Of a stretch of 46,962 bases of DNA, positions 37,405 to 46,457 are shown in pieces. The notes under the pieces are model-generated. The model was given only the letters and a program-made list of their open reading frames with translations. It was not told the DNA's origin and ran no database searches. Positions within the stretch are counted from its first letter, which is position 1; each line of letters opens with the position of its first letter. Where the stretch lies: the NCBI GenBank assembly GCA_003218705.1, contig QHOI01000157.1:1-46962 (forward strand), written 5' to 3'. The position numbers were made by a program, and so were the translations under genes. Source of the stretch: Verrucomicrobiota bacterium. GTDB lineage: Bacteria; Verrucomicrobiota; Verrucomicrobiia; Chthoniobacterales; UBA10450.

Positions 37405-39021
37405 ATGAAAAAACTGCTGTTTGTTTGTGCGTTAACCGTCCTGCTTCTGCCCTTTGTGCCACAGGCAAAAAGCCAGGACGTTTCGGTCGATTTCTTCTAT
37501 AACAACTTGAACGGCGGGAGCTGGGTCGAGGTCGGCAATTATGGCTACTGCTGGCAGCCAGACGTTGCCGTGAGCGATGCCTCCTGGCGACCGTATGCCG
37601 ATGGCTACTGGGCCTACACCGATGAGGGCTGGACATGGGTGTCATACGAGGATTTCGGGTGGGCCACTTACCATTATGGACGCTGGGTCAGGCTGGCCGA
37701 TTACGGCTGGGTCTGGAGACCCGGTTATGAATGGGGCCCGGCCTGGGTCTCCTGGCGCTTCGGTGGCGGTTACGCTGGTTGGGCGCCATTGCCTCCGGAA
37801 ACAGAAGTGGTTTACGAAAGCCGGCCGCTCACCGGCCATCTCGACGTCGAGTTTGATATCGGTCCGGGGTATTACAATTTCGTCGACGTCCGTTACATCG
37901 GCGAGCCCGTCCTGCGTTCCCGCATTGTCGATGTTTCGCAGAACGTGACCTACATCAACCAAACGGTGAACGTCACCAACATCACTTACAAAAATAAAAC
38001 GGTTTACAATTACGGGCCTGATCTCAACACCGTAAATCAGTACTCGAGCCGCCCGATCCAAAAACTGAAACTCGAACGACAGGCGAATGTCGATGTTACC
38101 GTGGCGGCAAAATCAGGCGGCCTAACGAAAGTGCAGGGCAATGCTTTAGTCGTTGCCGCTCCAATGAAAATCAACAAGTCGGCCAAGCAAATTACGCCGC
38201 CGACAGTGAAAACGAAAGTGGCGGAGAGCAGGGTTGAGCACGGTTGGTCGGTCGCTGGTGACGCCAATGCACAGACTCAACTTAAGGAAAAAATCAAAAC
38301 CCAGGATTTGAAGAAGGTTCCTCCACCGACAGCCGGTGGAAACGCCGCGGCGGCAGCTGGCGCGAGTGCTTCGGGCTCGCCCTCGGCATCGTTGGCACCG
38401 GGAATGGCACCAGTTGAGAAAGGCAAACACAAAGGCAAATTTGGTGAGCAGGCCCAGCCTGGTGCGAGCTTGGCGCCCGTGGAGTCTCCTGGAGCTGGAG
38501 TATCCCCATACACTCCGGAATATGGAAAGCCGGGTAAGGGCAAACGTGCCGAAAAATTCGGTGCGACACCGCCGCCGACTGGCCCGACCGCTGGTCCCGA
38601 AGGTATGACTGCGCCGGAACGAAAGCGAAAAGGCTTTGAGCGCCAGAATGTTGGACCAACTCCGGGTGGCGCTGTCAGCCCCGGCGAAAATTTCAATCAG
38701 CCTCGGGGCAAACATAAGCAATTCGAGCAACCGCAACCTGGAATGTCACCGGCTGGTGCAACGACTCCTGGTGAAAGTTTCAATCAACCAGGCGGCAAGC
38801 ATAATAAACGCATCGAGCAGCCGGCAATAACGCCATCCGGTCAAGAAGGTGGCGCTCCTGGAGCCCAGGGCGGCCCTTACGGTGAGGGTCGCGGCAAACA
38901 CAAAGCTGAAGGCCTAAATCCGCCGCCGCCGAGTGGTGCACAAATGCCTGCCGGACAACCGGGCGAGAAAAAGCACGAAGGTAAAGGAAAGGGCGCGACG
39001 CCAACGCCCGGTCCACAGTAA
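37405..39021 (+). CDS. Secreted W/Y/G-rich domain protein (DUF6600-like) with a basic/Pro-rich repetitive C-terminal half
   Basis: The ATG at 37405 gives the signal peptide MKKLLFVCALTVLLLPFVPQAKS. The N-terminal domain is GYCWQP...WRPYADGYWAYTDEGWTWVSYEDFGWATYHYGRWV...GWVWRPGYEWGPAWVSWR...GWAPLPP. The C-terminal ~230 aa are low complexity with GKHK-type repeats. The family name is from memory and unverified. Confidence 0.7.
   Translation: MKKLLFVCALTVLLLPFVPQAKSQDVSVDFFYNNLNGGSWVEVGNYGYCWQPDVAVSDASWRPYADGYWAYTDEGWTWVSYEDFGWATYHYGRWVRLADYGWVWRPGYEWGPAWVSWRFGGGYAGWAPLPPETEVVYESRPLTGHLDVEFDIGPGYYNFVDVRYIGEPVLRSRIVDVSQNVTYINQTVNVTNITYKNKTVYNYGPDLNTVNQYSSRPIQKLKLERQANVDVTVAAKSGGLTKVQGNALVVAAPMKINKSAKQITPPTVKTKVAESRVEHGWSVAGDANAQTQLKEKIKTQDLKKVPPPTAGGNAAAAAGASASGSPSASLAPGMAPVEKGKHKGKFGEQAQPGASLAPVESPGAGVSPYTPEYGKPGKGKRAEKFGATPPPTGPTAGPEGMTAPERKRKGFERQNVGPTPGGAVSPGENFNQPRGKHKQFEQPQPGMSPAGATTPGESFNQPGGKHNKRIEQPAITPSGQEGGAPGAQGGPYGEGRGKHKAEGLNPPPPSGAQMPAGQPGEKKHEGKGKGATPTPGPQ
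38680..38853 (+). repeat. Two tandem 87-nt (29-aa) in-frame repeats within a longer degenerate array
   Basis: PGENFNQPRGKHKQFEQPQPGMSPAGATT is followed by PGESFNQPGGKHNKRIEQPAITPSGQEGG. Further degenerate basic-cluster/Pro-rich units flank them (GKHKGKFGEQAQPG, GKGKRAEKFGATPPP, RKRKGFERQNVGP, GKHKAEGLNPPPP, KKHEGKGKGATPTP). Confidence 0.7.
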
Positions 39022-39047
39022 TCCGAGCTCAATCAGATGAAAACGAG

Positions 39048-39073
39048 CGGCCCCGGACTTTCCGGGGCCGTTT
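39048..39073. terminator. Bidirectional intrinsic terminator between convergent genes
   Basis: 9-bp GC stem cggccccgg (39048-39056) / ccggggccg (39062-39070) with a 5-nt loop. It is followed by ttt on the + strand and by ctcgttttc on the - strand. It lies between the repeat-protein gene and asd. Confidence 0.75.
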
Positions 39074-39118
39074 CGCGTTCAAGATAGGCAATCTGTAGCC
39101 GCTGTCGCTGACTGCGGT

Positions 39119-40117
39119 TTAAAGCAGTTCGGCAATCTGCACCGCGTTGAGCGCGGCGCCTTTGAGCAGTTGATCGCCCGAGACCCAAAAGGCGAGACCG
39201 TTCTCCAGCGCGCAATCGAGCCGCACTCGTCCCACTTCGCAATTATCTTTGCCCGCGACATTTAGCGGCATCGGATAACGATTCATCGGCGGCTCATCCA
39301 CCAACTCCAATCCAGGCGCCTTTGCCAAAACCTCGCGAGCCTGCTCCACTGACACTTTTTTTTCGAATTCAGCACTCACGGCAACCGAGTGTGCGCGATA
39401 AACCGGAACCCGCACGCACGTGACCGACGCGCGAAATTCCGGCAAGTGCATGATCTTGCATCCCTCGTTTTGCATTTTCATTTCTTCTTTCGTGTAGCCG
39501 CTCTCGAGGAAAACATCGACGTGCGGCAGGACGTTGAACGCGATCGGATGCGGATAAACCTGCGCCGGTGATTGTCGATCTTGGGCCGCGGCTTCCACCT
39601 GATTCTTTAATTCAGCAATGGCTCGGGCGCCGCTGCCGGAAACAGCTTGATAACTCGCAGCGAAAACGCGGCGAACCCCAAATGCGCGATGCAGCGGGTA
39701 AATTGCCATCAGCGCGACTGCGGTCGTGCAATTCGGATTGGCAATGAGACCGTGATGTTCCTTTACATCCTGCCCGTTGATCTCTGGAATAACCAGGGGA
39801 ACGTCCGAATCCATTCGGAAAACCGACGAGTTATCGATCACAACCGCGCCCCTTTTGCGGGCAGTCGGGACGAATTTTCGGGAAGTCTCTCCGCCCGCGC
39901 TGAAAAATGCGATGTCAACGTTGTCGAATGAATTCTCGCCGAGTTCCTCCACCATGATTGGCTTGTTCCTAAATTGAACTTTCTTTCCGGCGGATCTTCC
40001 GGATGCGAGCGCGCGCAGGTTCAAAACGGGGAAATTTCTGCGCTCCAGCACGCGCAGCAGCTCCGCGCCGACTGCACCGGTCGCGCCGACGACCGCGATG
40101 TGATATTCTTTTTTCAC
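39119..40117 (-). CDS. asd: Aspartate-semialdehyde dehydrogenase
   Basis: GTG start at 40117, Rossmann motif VVGATGAVG and the active-site context ANPNCTT. 332 aa. Confidence 0.92.
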   Translation of the reverse strand: MKKEYHIAVVGATGAVGAELLRVLERRNFPVLNLRALASGRSAGKKVQFRNKPIMVEELGENSFDNVDIAFFSAGGETSRKFVPTARKRGAVVIDNSSVFRMDSDVPLVIPEINGQDVKEHHGLIANPNCTTAVALMAIYPLHRAFGVRRVFAASYQAVSGSGARAIAELKNQVEAAAQDRQSPAQVYPHPIAFNVLPHVDVFLESGYTKEEMKMQNEGCKIMHLPEFRASVTCVRVPVYRAHSVAVSAEFEKKVSVEQAREVLAKAPGLELVDEPPMNRYPMPLNVAGKDNCEVGRVRLDCALENGLAFWVSGDQLLKGAALNAVQIAELL

Positions 40118-40147
40118 CGCGGCGAATTGTAAGGCCGCTCTTGAGCG

Positions 40148-40609
40148 ATGGAAAGTGCCCGAACCAAAATCGACGTCTCCGTTCGCGATCAGCGTCTCAT
40201 TTTGACGCGTGATGGCGAAGAACTCCGTTCCTATCCGATTTCCACTTCACGTTTTGGGATCGGCATTCAAGAAGGGAGCATGAAAACACCGCTGGGCAGA
40301 TTTCGTATCGCGGAAAAAATCGGAGATGGCGCTGCGTCGGGAACAATTTTTAAAGCCCGCGTCGCGCTTGGACCCGATGACCCGCTTCCTGACACTGAAG
40401 ATTTTGTCACTTCGCGAATTCTTTGGCTCGACGGGGTGGACGAACATAATGCCAATACGCGCGACCGGTTTATTTACATTCACGGGACGAAACATGAGGA
40501 CGAAATCGGGACGCCGGCCAGCCACGGTTGTATCCGGATGCGCAACGCAGACGTGATCGAATTATTTGAGCTGGTTGATGAAACCACGCAGGTGGTCATC
40601 CGCGAATAG
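40148..40609 (+). CDS. YkuD-domain L,D-transpeptidase-like protein without a signal peptide
   Basis: 153 aa with the catalytic motif IYIHGT...GTPASHGCIRM. An in-frame TGA 6 nt upstream of the ATG (40142-40144) precludes a longer N-terminus, and there is no hydrophobic leader. Confidence 0.85.
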   Translation: MESARTKIDVSVRDQRLILTRDGEELRSYPISTSRFGIGIQEGSMKTPLGRFRIAEKIGDGAASGTIFKARVALGPDDPLPDTEDFVTSRILWLDGVDEHNANTRDRFIYIHGTKHEDEIGTPASHGCIRMRNADVIELFELVDETTQVVIRE

Positions 40610-40703
40610 CTTGTACGGCAAAACATTCAAAAAAGCGTTGCTTCAATGGTGTTCCATGCCTAGAAGAACCGGAGCAACACAACCGAAAGGAGGCGAGAAT
40701 AGA

Positions 40704-40832
40704 TTGAAGTTCATCAAAGCGATCATGATCATGGCCGTTTTAGCGGGCGCTCTCAGCTTGGGAGCGTGCGCTCAACACAAAGAAGCGGCGACAACCACAA
40801 CCACGGGTGCCACTCACGGGTACGCGAAGTAA
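40704..40832 (+). CDS. Small (42-aa) putative lipoprotein
   Basis: TTG at 40704, preceded by aaaggagg at a typical spacing. (M)KFIKAIMIMAVLAGALSLGAC carries an LGAC lipobox, and the mature part contains a TTTTT run. A strong terminator follows. Confidence 0.5.
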   Translation: MKFIKAIMIMAVLAGALSLGACAQHKEAATTTTTGATHGYAK

Positions 40833-40875
40833 CCCCTTCGTCCAAGTTGTCCCCAACTGGGACGCTTTCGACAAG

Positions 40876-40907
40876 AAGGCCAGGTCGCTTTGGCGGCCTG
40901 GCCTTTT
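40876..40907 (+). terminator. Intrinsic terminator after the small lipoprotein gene
   Basis: 9-bp stem aaggccagg (40876-40884) / cctggcctt (40897-40905) running into tttt. Confidence 0.7.
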
Positions 40908-40924
40908 CTAATCATTTTACCAAC

Positions 40925-41542
40925 GTGAATTTCAGATCAGTTCTGATCTTCGCATTGGCCGTCTGTTCGAGCACGGTCTGGGCGCAAGACTGGAAATCGG
41001 TCAGTGGCTTGCGTGACGCCCTCGTCGCGCTCGCGCCGCATAGTGTCGATCCGCACGAGGCTGAGTTGTTGTCGGTGACAGCTCACATCATGTCCCGCCA
41101 GCTTGCACGCGAATACGGCGTCACTGGAGACCCAGCGGTCCACAATTTCCTCATTAACGTTGGCGCGAAAAAGCGTGGCATCTGTGCCGATTACACCCGC
41201 GACATCGGCGCGCGCTTAAAGGAGCTTCATTTCAAGACCCTCGTCCTTCACTGGGGCGCTGCTTATGCAAAAGAATCGGACGAGAACAATGCTTTGGTGG
41301 TCACGGCCTGGAACCAGCCTTTTGCGGACGGGATTGTCCTCGATGGCTGGCGCAGAGGCGGCCGATTATTTTGGTGCCCGGTGAAAAATGACCACGAATA
41401 CGAAGCTGGACGCCGCGGCTTACTTGGTCACTTGGGAGGACATCTCCATACCGGAATTACAGCATGGAGAGAGGATTTGCAGGAAACCGCCTTGCTCCAG
41501 GAAAATCAATCCGCCAAAGCAGAGCTGAAGCGCACGCGATAG
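40925..41542 (+). CDS. Hypothetical secreted protein
   Basis: The GTG at 40925 gives (M)NFRSVLIFALAVCSSTVWAQ, a signal-like N-terminus. The upstream part of the ORF-track frame overlaps the lipoprotein gene and the terminator. No family recognised. Confidence 0.55.
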   Translation: MNFRSVLIFALAVCSSTVWAQDWKSVSGLRDALVALAPHSVDPHEAELLSVTAHIMSRQLAREYGVTGDPAVHNFLINVGAKKRGICADYTRDIGARLKELHFKTLVLHWGAAYAKESDENNALVVTAWNQPFADGIVLDGWRRGGRLFWCPVKNDHEYEAGRRGLLGHLGGHLHTGITAWREDLQETALLQENQSAKAELKRTR

Positions 41543-41590
41543 GGCCGCCGCCGCCTTCCATTTGCTCGAGTTGTCACTAAAATTGGTCTC

Positions 41591-43090
41591 ATGGAATTAA
41601 ACGGTAGCCCGCTCTCACTCGAGGAGATTGCCGCCGTTGCTCATGGATACGAACCGGTGCAAATCGCGGCTTCGGCGCGCCCGCGCATTTTGGCGTCGCG
41701 CAAAGTGGTGGACGACATCGTCACGCGCGAAGCGGTGGTGTATGGCGTTAACACCGGCTTTGGCAAGCTCGCGGACGTGCGGATTCCGCCCGACGAAATC
41801 GGCGCGCTTCAACTCAATCTCGTTCGCAGTCACGCCTGCGGAATCGGCCCGCCACTATCCGAGCCGGAAGTGCGCGCGATGATGTTGCTGCGCGCAAACG
41901 TCCTCACGCTTGGATTCAGCGGCGTTCGCCCGGAAGTTATTGAACTGCTTTGTCAGATGCTCAATCGGCGCGTGCATCCATTCGTTCCGGAAAAAGGATC
42001 GGTCGGTGCAAGTGGCGATCTCGCGCCATTGGCGCATCTCGCTCTGAGTTTGATCAGCGAAGGCGAAGCGTTCTTTGCCGGAAACCGGCTGGATAGTGGC
42101 GAAGCGCTTAAGCGGGCGAAATTAAAGCCGGTGAAGTTGGAGGCCAAAGAAGGTCTCGCATTGTTGAACGGCACTCAGGCCATGCATGCCGTCGGGGGAT
42201 TGTCGATCTTGCGTGGGAAACGCCTGACAAATATTGCCGATGTTGCCGGCGCGATGACGCTCGAAGGTTTGCGCGACACGCCAGCTGCATTCGATCCACG
42301 TCTGCAAGAAGCGCGGCCGCATCCCGGACAAAAAGCGGTTGCTGCTCATTTGAACTCGCTTTTACAAGAGAGCGAGATTCGAGAATCGCATCGCAAAAAT
42401 GATCCGCGTGTCCAGGACGCCTACAGCGTGCGTTGCATGCCGCAAGTGCACGGCGCGGTCCGCGACGTTGTCGCTCATTGCGAACAGATTTTATCGGTCG
42501 AATCCGCGTCGGCGACCGATAATCCACTCGTGTTTGCTGACAGCGGAGACGTCGTCTCCGGTGGAAATTTTCACGGTGCGCCGCTCGCGCTCGCGTTCGA
42601 TTACGCCGCGATTGCGCTCACCGATCTCATGAGTATCAGCGAGCGCCGCATCGATCGACTGGTGAATCCGGATAAGAGCGAAGGGTTGCCGGCATTTCTG
42701 GCGCGCAACGCAGGCGTAGAATCGGGTTTCATGATCGCGCATGTCGCTGCGGCCTCGCTGTTAAACGAAGCGCGTGTGCTTGCGCATCCGGCCAGCGTCG
42801 ACAACGTGACAACCTCAGGGGGGAAAGAAGATCACGTTTCAATGGGAATGACCAGCGCGCTGAAATTGCGGTCGATTGTTGATCTTGCCGAGAATTCGTT
42901 CGCGATCGAATTGCTCGCCGGCGCCGAAGCGCTTGAACACCGCCACCCATTGCACGCCGGCAAAGGTGTCGAACGCGCCTTTAAACTCGTTAGGGAAGTC
43001 GCCAAACCGCTGACAGCAGATCGGGCACTGTCAGGTGACATCGCGCGGGTGGCCCAGAAGATTCGGGCCGGCGCATTCGACGATTTATGA
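41591..43090 (+). CDS. hutH: Histidine ammonia-lyase
   Basis: MIO-forming [12 protein letters not shown] motif in a 499-aa aromatic amino-acid lyase pattern. It precedes hutU. Confidence 0.93.
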   Translation: MELNGSPLSLEEIAAVAHGYEPVQIAASARPRILASRKVVDDIVTREAVVYGVNTGFGKLADVRIPPDEIGALQLNLVRSHACGIGPPLSEPEVRAMMLLRANVLTLGFSGVRPEVIELLCQMLNRRVHPFVPEKGSVGASGDLAPLAHLALSLISEGEAFFAGNRLDSGEALKRAKLKPVKLEAKEGLALLNGTQAMHAVGGLSILRGKRLTNIADVAGAMTLEGLRDTPAAFDPRLQEARPHPGQKAVAAHLNSLLQESEIRESHRKNDPRVQDAYSVRCMPQVHGAVRDVVAHCEQILSVESASATDNPLVFADSGDVVSGGNFHGAPLALAFDYAAIALTDLMSISERRIDRLVNPDKSEGLPAFLARNAGVESGFMIAHVAAASLLNEARVLAHPASVDNVTTSGGKEDHVSMGMTSALKLRSIVDLAENSFAIELLAGAEALEHRHPLHAGKGVERAFKLVREVAKPLTADRALSGDIARVAQKIRAGAFDDL

Positions 43091-44772
43091 GCGGGAAACG
43101 ATCCGCCAGTCCGGCTCGGACCATTCGCGCGCCGCGCGGGACCGACTTGAGTTGTAAAGGCTGGCATCAGGAAGCCGCGATGCGGATGCTGATGAACAAT
43201 CTCGATCCGGACGTCGCAGAGAATTCGGATCAGCTCATCGTTTACGGCGGGACCGGTCGGGCGGCGCGGAGTTGGGATGCATTCGATACGATCGTTCGCT
43301 CGCTCCGCGAATTGAAAAACGACGAATCCTTGCTCATTCAATCAGGCAAGCCCGTGGGAAAATTTCGAACCCACGACGAAGCGCCGCGCGTTCTGATCGC
43401 GAATTCGAATCTCGTTGGACAATGGAACAATTACGCCGAGTTCAACCGTCTCGAGCGTCTCGGATTGACAATGTACGGCCAAATGACCGCCGGCTCATGG
43501 ATTTACATCGGCAGCCAGGGAATCGTGCAGGGCACGTTCGAAACCTTCGCCGCCGCCGGACGAAAGCATTTCGGCGGCTCGCTCGAAGGAAAATTTGTTT
43601 TAACCGGCGGTCTCGGCGGAATGGGCGGCGCGCAACCGCTTGCCGCTACCATGAACGGCGCCGTTTTTCTCGGCGTCGAAGTAGATCCGGTGCGAATCGA
43701 GAAAAGACTGAAGAGCGGCTACTGTGATAAGATCGCGCGCTCGCTCGATGACGCGTTGAAGTTGATCGAAACAGCGCGCAAAGATCGACAATCGATTTCG
43801 GTCGGGCTTGTCGGGAATTGCGCCGATGTTTTACCGGAAATTGTGAAGCGCGGCGTTGTTCCCGATGTTCTGACCGACCAAACCAGCGCGCACGACGCGC
43901 TCAACGGGTATGTGCCGCACGGAATACAGCTGGCGGACGCGCTCGCGTTGCGGAGAAAGAATCCGGACGAATACATCGAGCGCGCGATGCAGTCCATGGC
44001 GGTTCACGTCGAGGCGATGCTCGCGTTGCAAAAGAAAGGCGCGATCACTTTTGATTACGGGAATAACATTCGCGCGCAAGCGCAGAAGGCTGGTGTCAAA
44101 AACGCGTTCGACATTCCCGGTTTCGTTCCGGAATACATTCGCCCCCTTTTTTGCGAAGGGCGCGGCCCGTTTCGTTGGGTGGCATTGAGCGGAGAGCCGG
44201 AAGACATCGCGCGCACAGACAAGCTCGCACTCGAATTGTTTCCCAAAAACGAAACGCTCATGCGCTGGATGAAACTGGCGAAACAGCGGATCCATTTTCA
44301 AGGATTGCCCGCGCGGATTTGCTGGCTCGGTTACGGCGAACGCGCCGAGTTTGGCGTGGCTATGAACGAGCTTGTGAAGCGCGGGGAGATCAAAGCACCG
44401 GTCGTGATCGGGCGCGATCATCTCGACGCCGGCTCAGTTGCTTCACCAAATCGCGAAACCGAAGGGATGATCGATGGCAGTGACGCGATTGCCGATTGGC
44501 CATTGCTCAATGCGCTCATCAACACCGCTGCCGGTGCATCTTGGATTTCAATTCATAACGGCGGCGGAGTCGGCATCGGTTACTCGCAACATGCCGGAAT
44601 GGTCGTTGTCGCCGATGGCAGCGAAAACTCCAAGCGGAGATTGGAGCGCGTTCTCACGAGCGATCCGGGAATGGGCGTCCTGCGCCACGCCGATGCGGGT
44701 TATCCACGCGCAATCGATTTCGCGGCCAAGAACAAGATCGACATCCCGATGCAGCCCAAGCCGCGCGATTGA
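43087..44772 (+). CDS. hutU: Urocanate hydratase
   Basis: 561 aa with the NAD-binding [13 protein letters not shown] motif. ATGA overlap with hutH. Confidence 0.93.
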   Translation: MSGKRSASPARTIRAPRGTDLSCKGWHQEAAMRMLMNNLDPDVAENSDQLIVYGGTGRAARSWDAFDTIVRSLRELKNDESLLIQSGKPVGKFRTHDEAPRVLIANSNLVGQWNNYAEFNRLERLGLTMYGQMTAGSWIYIGSQGIVQGTFETFAAAGRKHFGGSLEGKFVLTGGLGGMGGAQPLAATMNGAVFLGVEVDPVRIEKRLKSGYCDKIARSLDDALKLIETARKDRQSISVGLVGNCADVLPEIVKRGVVPDVLTDQTSAHDALNGYVPHGIQLADALALRRKNPDEYIERAMQSMAVHVEAMLALQKKGAITFDYGNNIRAQAQKAGVKNAFDIPGFVPEYIRPLFCEGRGPFRWVALSGEPEDIARTDKLALELFPKNETLMRWMKLAKQRIHFQGLPARICWLGYGERAEFGVAMNELVKRGEIKAPVVIGRDHLDAGSVASPNRETEGMIDGSDAIADWPLLNALINTAAGASWISIHNGGGVGIGYSQHAGMVVVADGSENSKRRLERVLTSDPGMGVLRHADAGYPRAIDFAAKNKIDIPMQPKPRD

Positions 44773-44774
44773 GC

Positions 44775-46457
44775 ATGGAAAAACTAATTGAGTGCGTACC
44801 GAACTTTTCGGAAGGGCGCGACGAGGATGTGATTCGACAGATCTCCGACGCGATTAAGTCGACTGACGGCGTTTCGCTGCTCGATGTGGATCCTGGCGCG
44901 ACCACGAATCGCACCGTTGTCACTTTTGTCGGCAGTCCGGAAGCCGCGGTTGAAGCGGCGTTTCGCGGAATTCAGAAAGCGGCGGAGCTGATCGACATGC
45001 GCAAACACAAAGGAGCGCATCCACGCATGGGCGCGACCGATGTCTGTCCGTTTATTCCGGTGAGCAATGTCAGCTGGGAGGAAGCGATCGCTTGCGCGCA
45101 GAAATTGGGAAAGCGGGTCGGCGAAGAATTAAAGATCCCAGTTTATCTCTACGAGAAGGCAGCGAAAGATAAATCGCGATCGAATCTCGCGGTCGTTCGG
45201 ACCGGCGAATACGAAGGTTTCGCCGAAAAAATCAAAAAACCGGAATGGAATCCCGACTTTGGTCCGGCAAAACTTAACGAGAAAGCAGGCGCGACCGCGA
45301 TCGGTACGCGCGAATTTCTTGTAGCATACAACGTCAATCTAAATACCAAATCGGTGCGACGCGCCAACTCGGTTGCGTTCGATGTTCGCGAACAGGGAAG
45401 ATTCAAAACGGAAGATGGTACTCCTTCGGGAAAAAGGGTTCTCGATGCAAAGGGCGAGCCGGTCCGCATGCCCGGAATGTTGAAGCACGTGAAAGCGATT
45501 GGTTGGTTCGTGAAGGAGTATGGGATCGCGCAGGTGTCGATGAATCTGACCAACATCGAGGAAACACCGTTGCACGCTGCGTTCGAGGCCTGCTTCGAAG
45601 CCGCGAACAAGCGAGGCCTCCGTGTCACCGGTTCGGAAATTGTCGGCATGGTGCCGAAGAAATGTCTGACCGATGCCGGACGCTATTTTTTGCGGAAGCA
45701 GAAATGGTCGGAAGGCGCTTCCGAAGAAGAATTGATCGACATCGCAGTCCGCTCGATGGGCTTGAGCGAATTGAAACATTTCGATCCGAAAGAAAAAGTG
45801 ATTGAATTAAAGATTGAATCCGATTCGAAATCGCTTGTGAAAATGAATCTGCGTGAATTTTGCAACGAAACCCTGAGCGATTCGCCCGCGCCGGGCGGCG
45901 GCTCGGTTGCGGCATTGATGGGCGCGCTCGGCGCGTCGCTTGGCGGAATGGTAGCGAATCTCTCAGCGGGCAAACGCGGCTGGGACGATAAGCTGGAATA
46001 TTTCAGTCAGTGGGCGGTGAAAGCGCAGCAGCTCAAAGACGAATTGCTACGGCTGGTCGATGAAGACACCGTCGCTTTCAACAAAGTGATGGCCGCTTTC
46101 GCGCTCCCAAAACAATCCGTTGAGGAAAAGGCTGCGCGCACAGCCGCGGTCGAATCAGCGACGAAGTACGCGGCGGAGATTCCGTTAAAAGTGATGGAGA
46201 CGGCGGCAAAGTCCTACGAACTGCTGGCGGAAATGGCGGAGAAGGGAAATCCGAATTCGATTTCGGATGTTGGCGTCGGTATTTGCGCGACGCGTGCCGG
46301 CATCGATGGCGCGGCGCTTAACGTTCGAATTAATCTCGCAGCGTTGAAGGATGAAAAATTTAAGTCCGATCTTCAGAAGAAAGTTCGTAAGTTACAGGCT
46401 GGTTCAGAGTCCGAGTTCAAGAAGATCGATCAGATCGTGCAGAGCAAACTGACTTGA
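44775..46457 (+). CDS. ftcD: Bifunctional glutamate formimidoyltransferase / formimidoyltetrahydrofolate cyclodeaminase (FTCD-like)
   Basis: The N-terminus ECVPNFSEGRD is the formiminotransferase signature. The C-terminal ~200 aa are helical with SPAPGGGSVAALMGALGASL, a cyclodeaminase signature. The ATG at 44775 is preferred over the TTG at 44769. Confidence 0.85.
   Translation: MEKLIECVPNFSEGRDEDVIRQISDAIKSTDGVSLLDVDPGATTNRTVVTFVGSPEAAVEAAFRGIQKAAELIDMRKHKGAHPRMGATDVCPFIPVSNVSWEEAIACAQKLGKRVGEELKIPVYLYEKAAKDKSRSNLAVVRTGEYEGFAEKIKKPEWNPDFGPAKLNEKAGATAIGTREFLVAYNVNLNTKSVRRANSVAFDVREQGRFKTEDGTPSGKRVLDAKGEPVRMPGMLKHVKAIGWFVKEYGIAQVSMNLTNIEETPLHAAFEACFEAANKRGLRVTGSEIVGMVPKKCLTDAGRYFLRKQKWSEGASEEELIDIAVRSMGLSELKHFDPKEKVIELKIESDSKSLVKMNLREFCNETLSDSPAPGGGSVAALMGALGASLGGMVANLSAGKRGWDDKLEYFSQWAVKAQQLKDELLRLVDEDTVAFNKVMAAFALPKQSVEEKAARTAAVESATKYAAEIPLKVMETAAKSYELLAEMAEKGNPNSISDVGVGICATRAGIDGAALNVRINLAALKDEKFKSDLQKKVRKLQAGSESEFKKIDQIVQSKLT

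Noticed and set aside
40566-40924. Long versions of ORFs 40566-40832 and 40766-41542
   Set aside because: The upstream parts overlap the ldt 3' end, each other and a strong terminator hairpin. The internal starts at 40704 (with an SD element) and 40925 yield proper signal peptides.
43831-44421. 196-aa minus-strand ORF antisense to hutU
   Set aside because: It is antisense to the conserved urocanase coding sequence and has no motif support.
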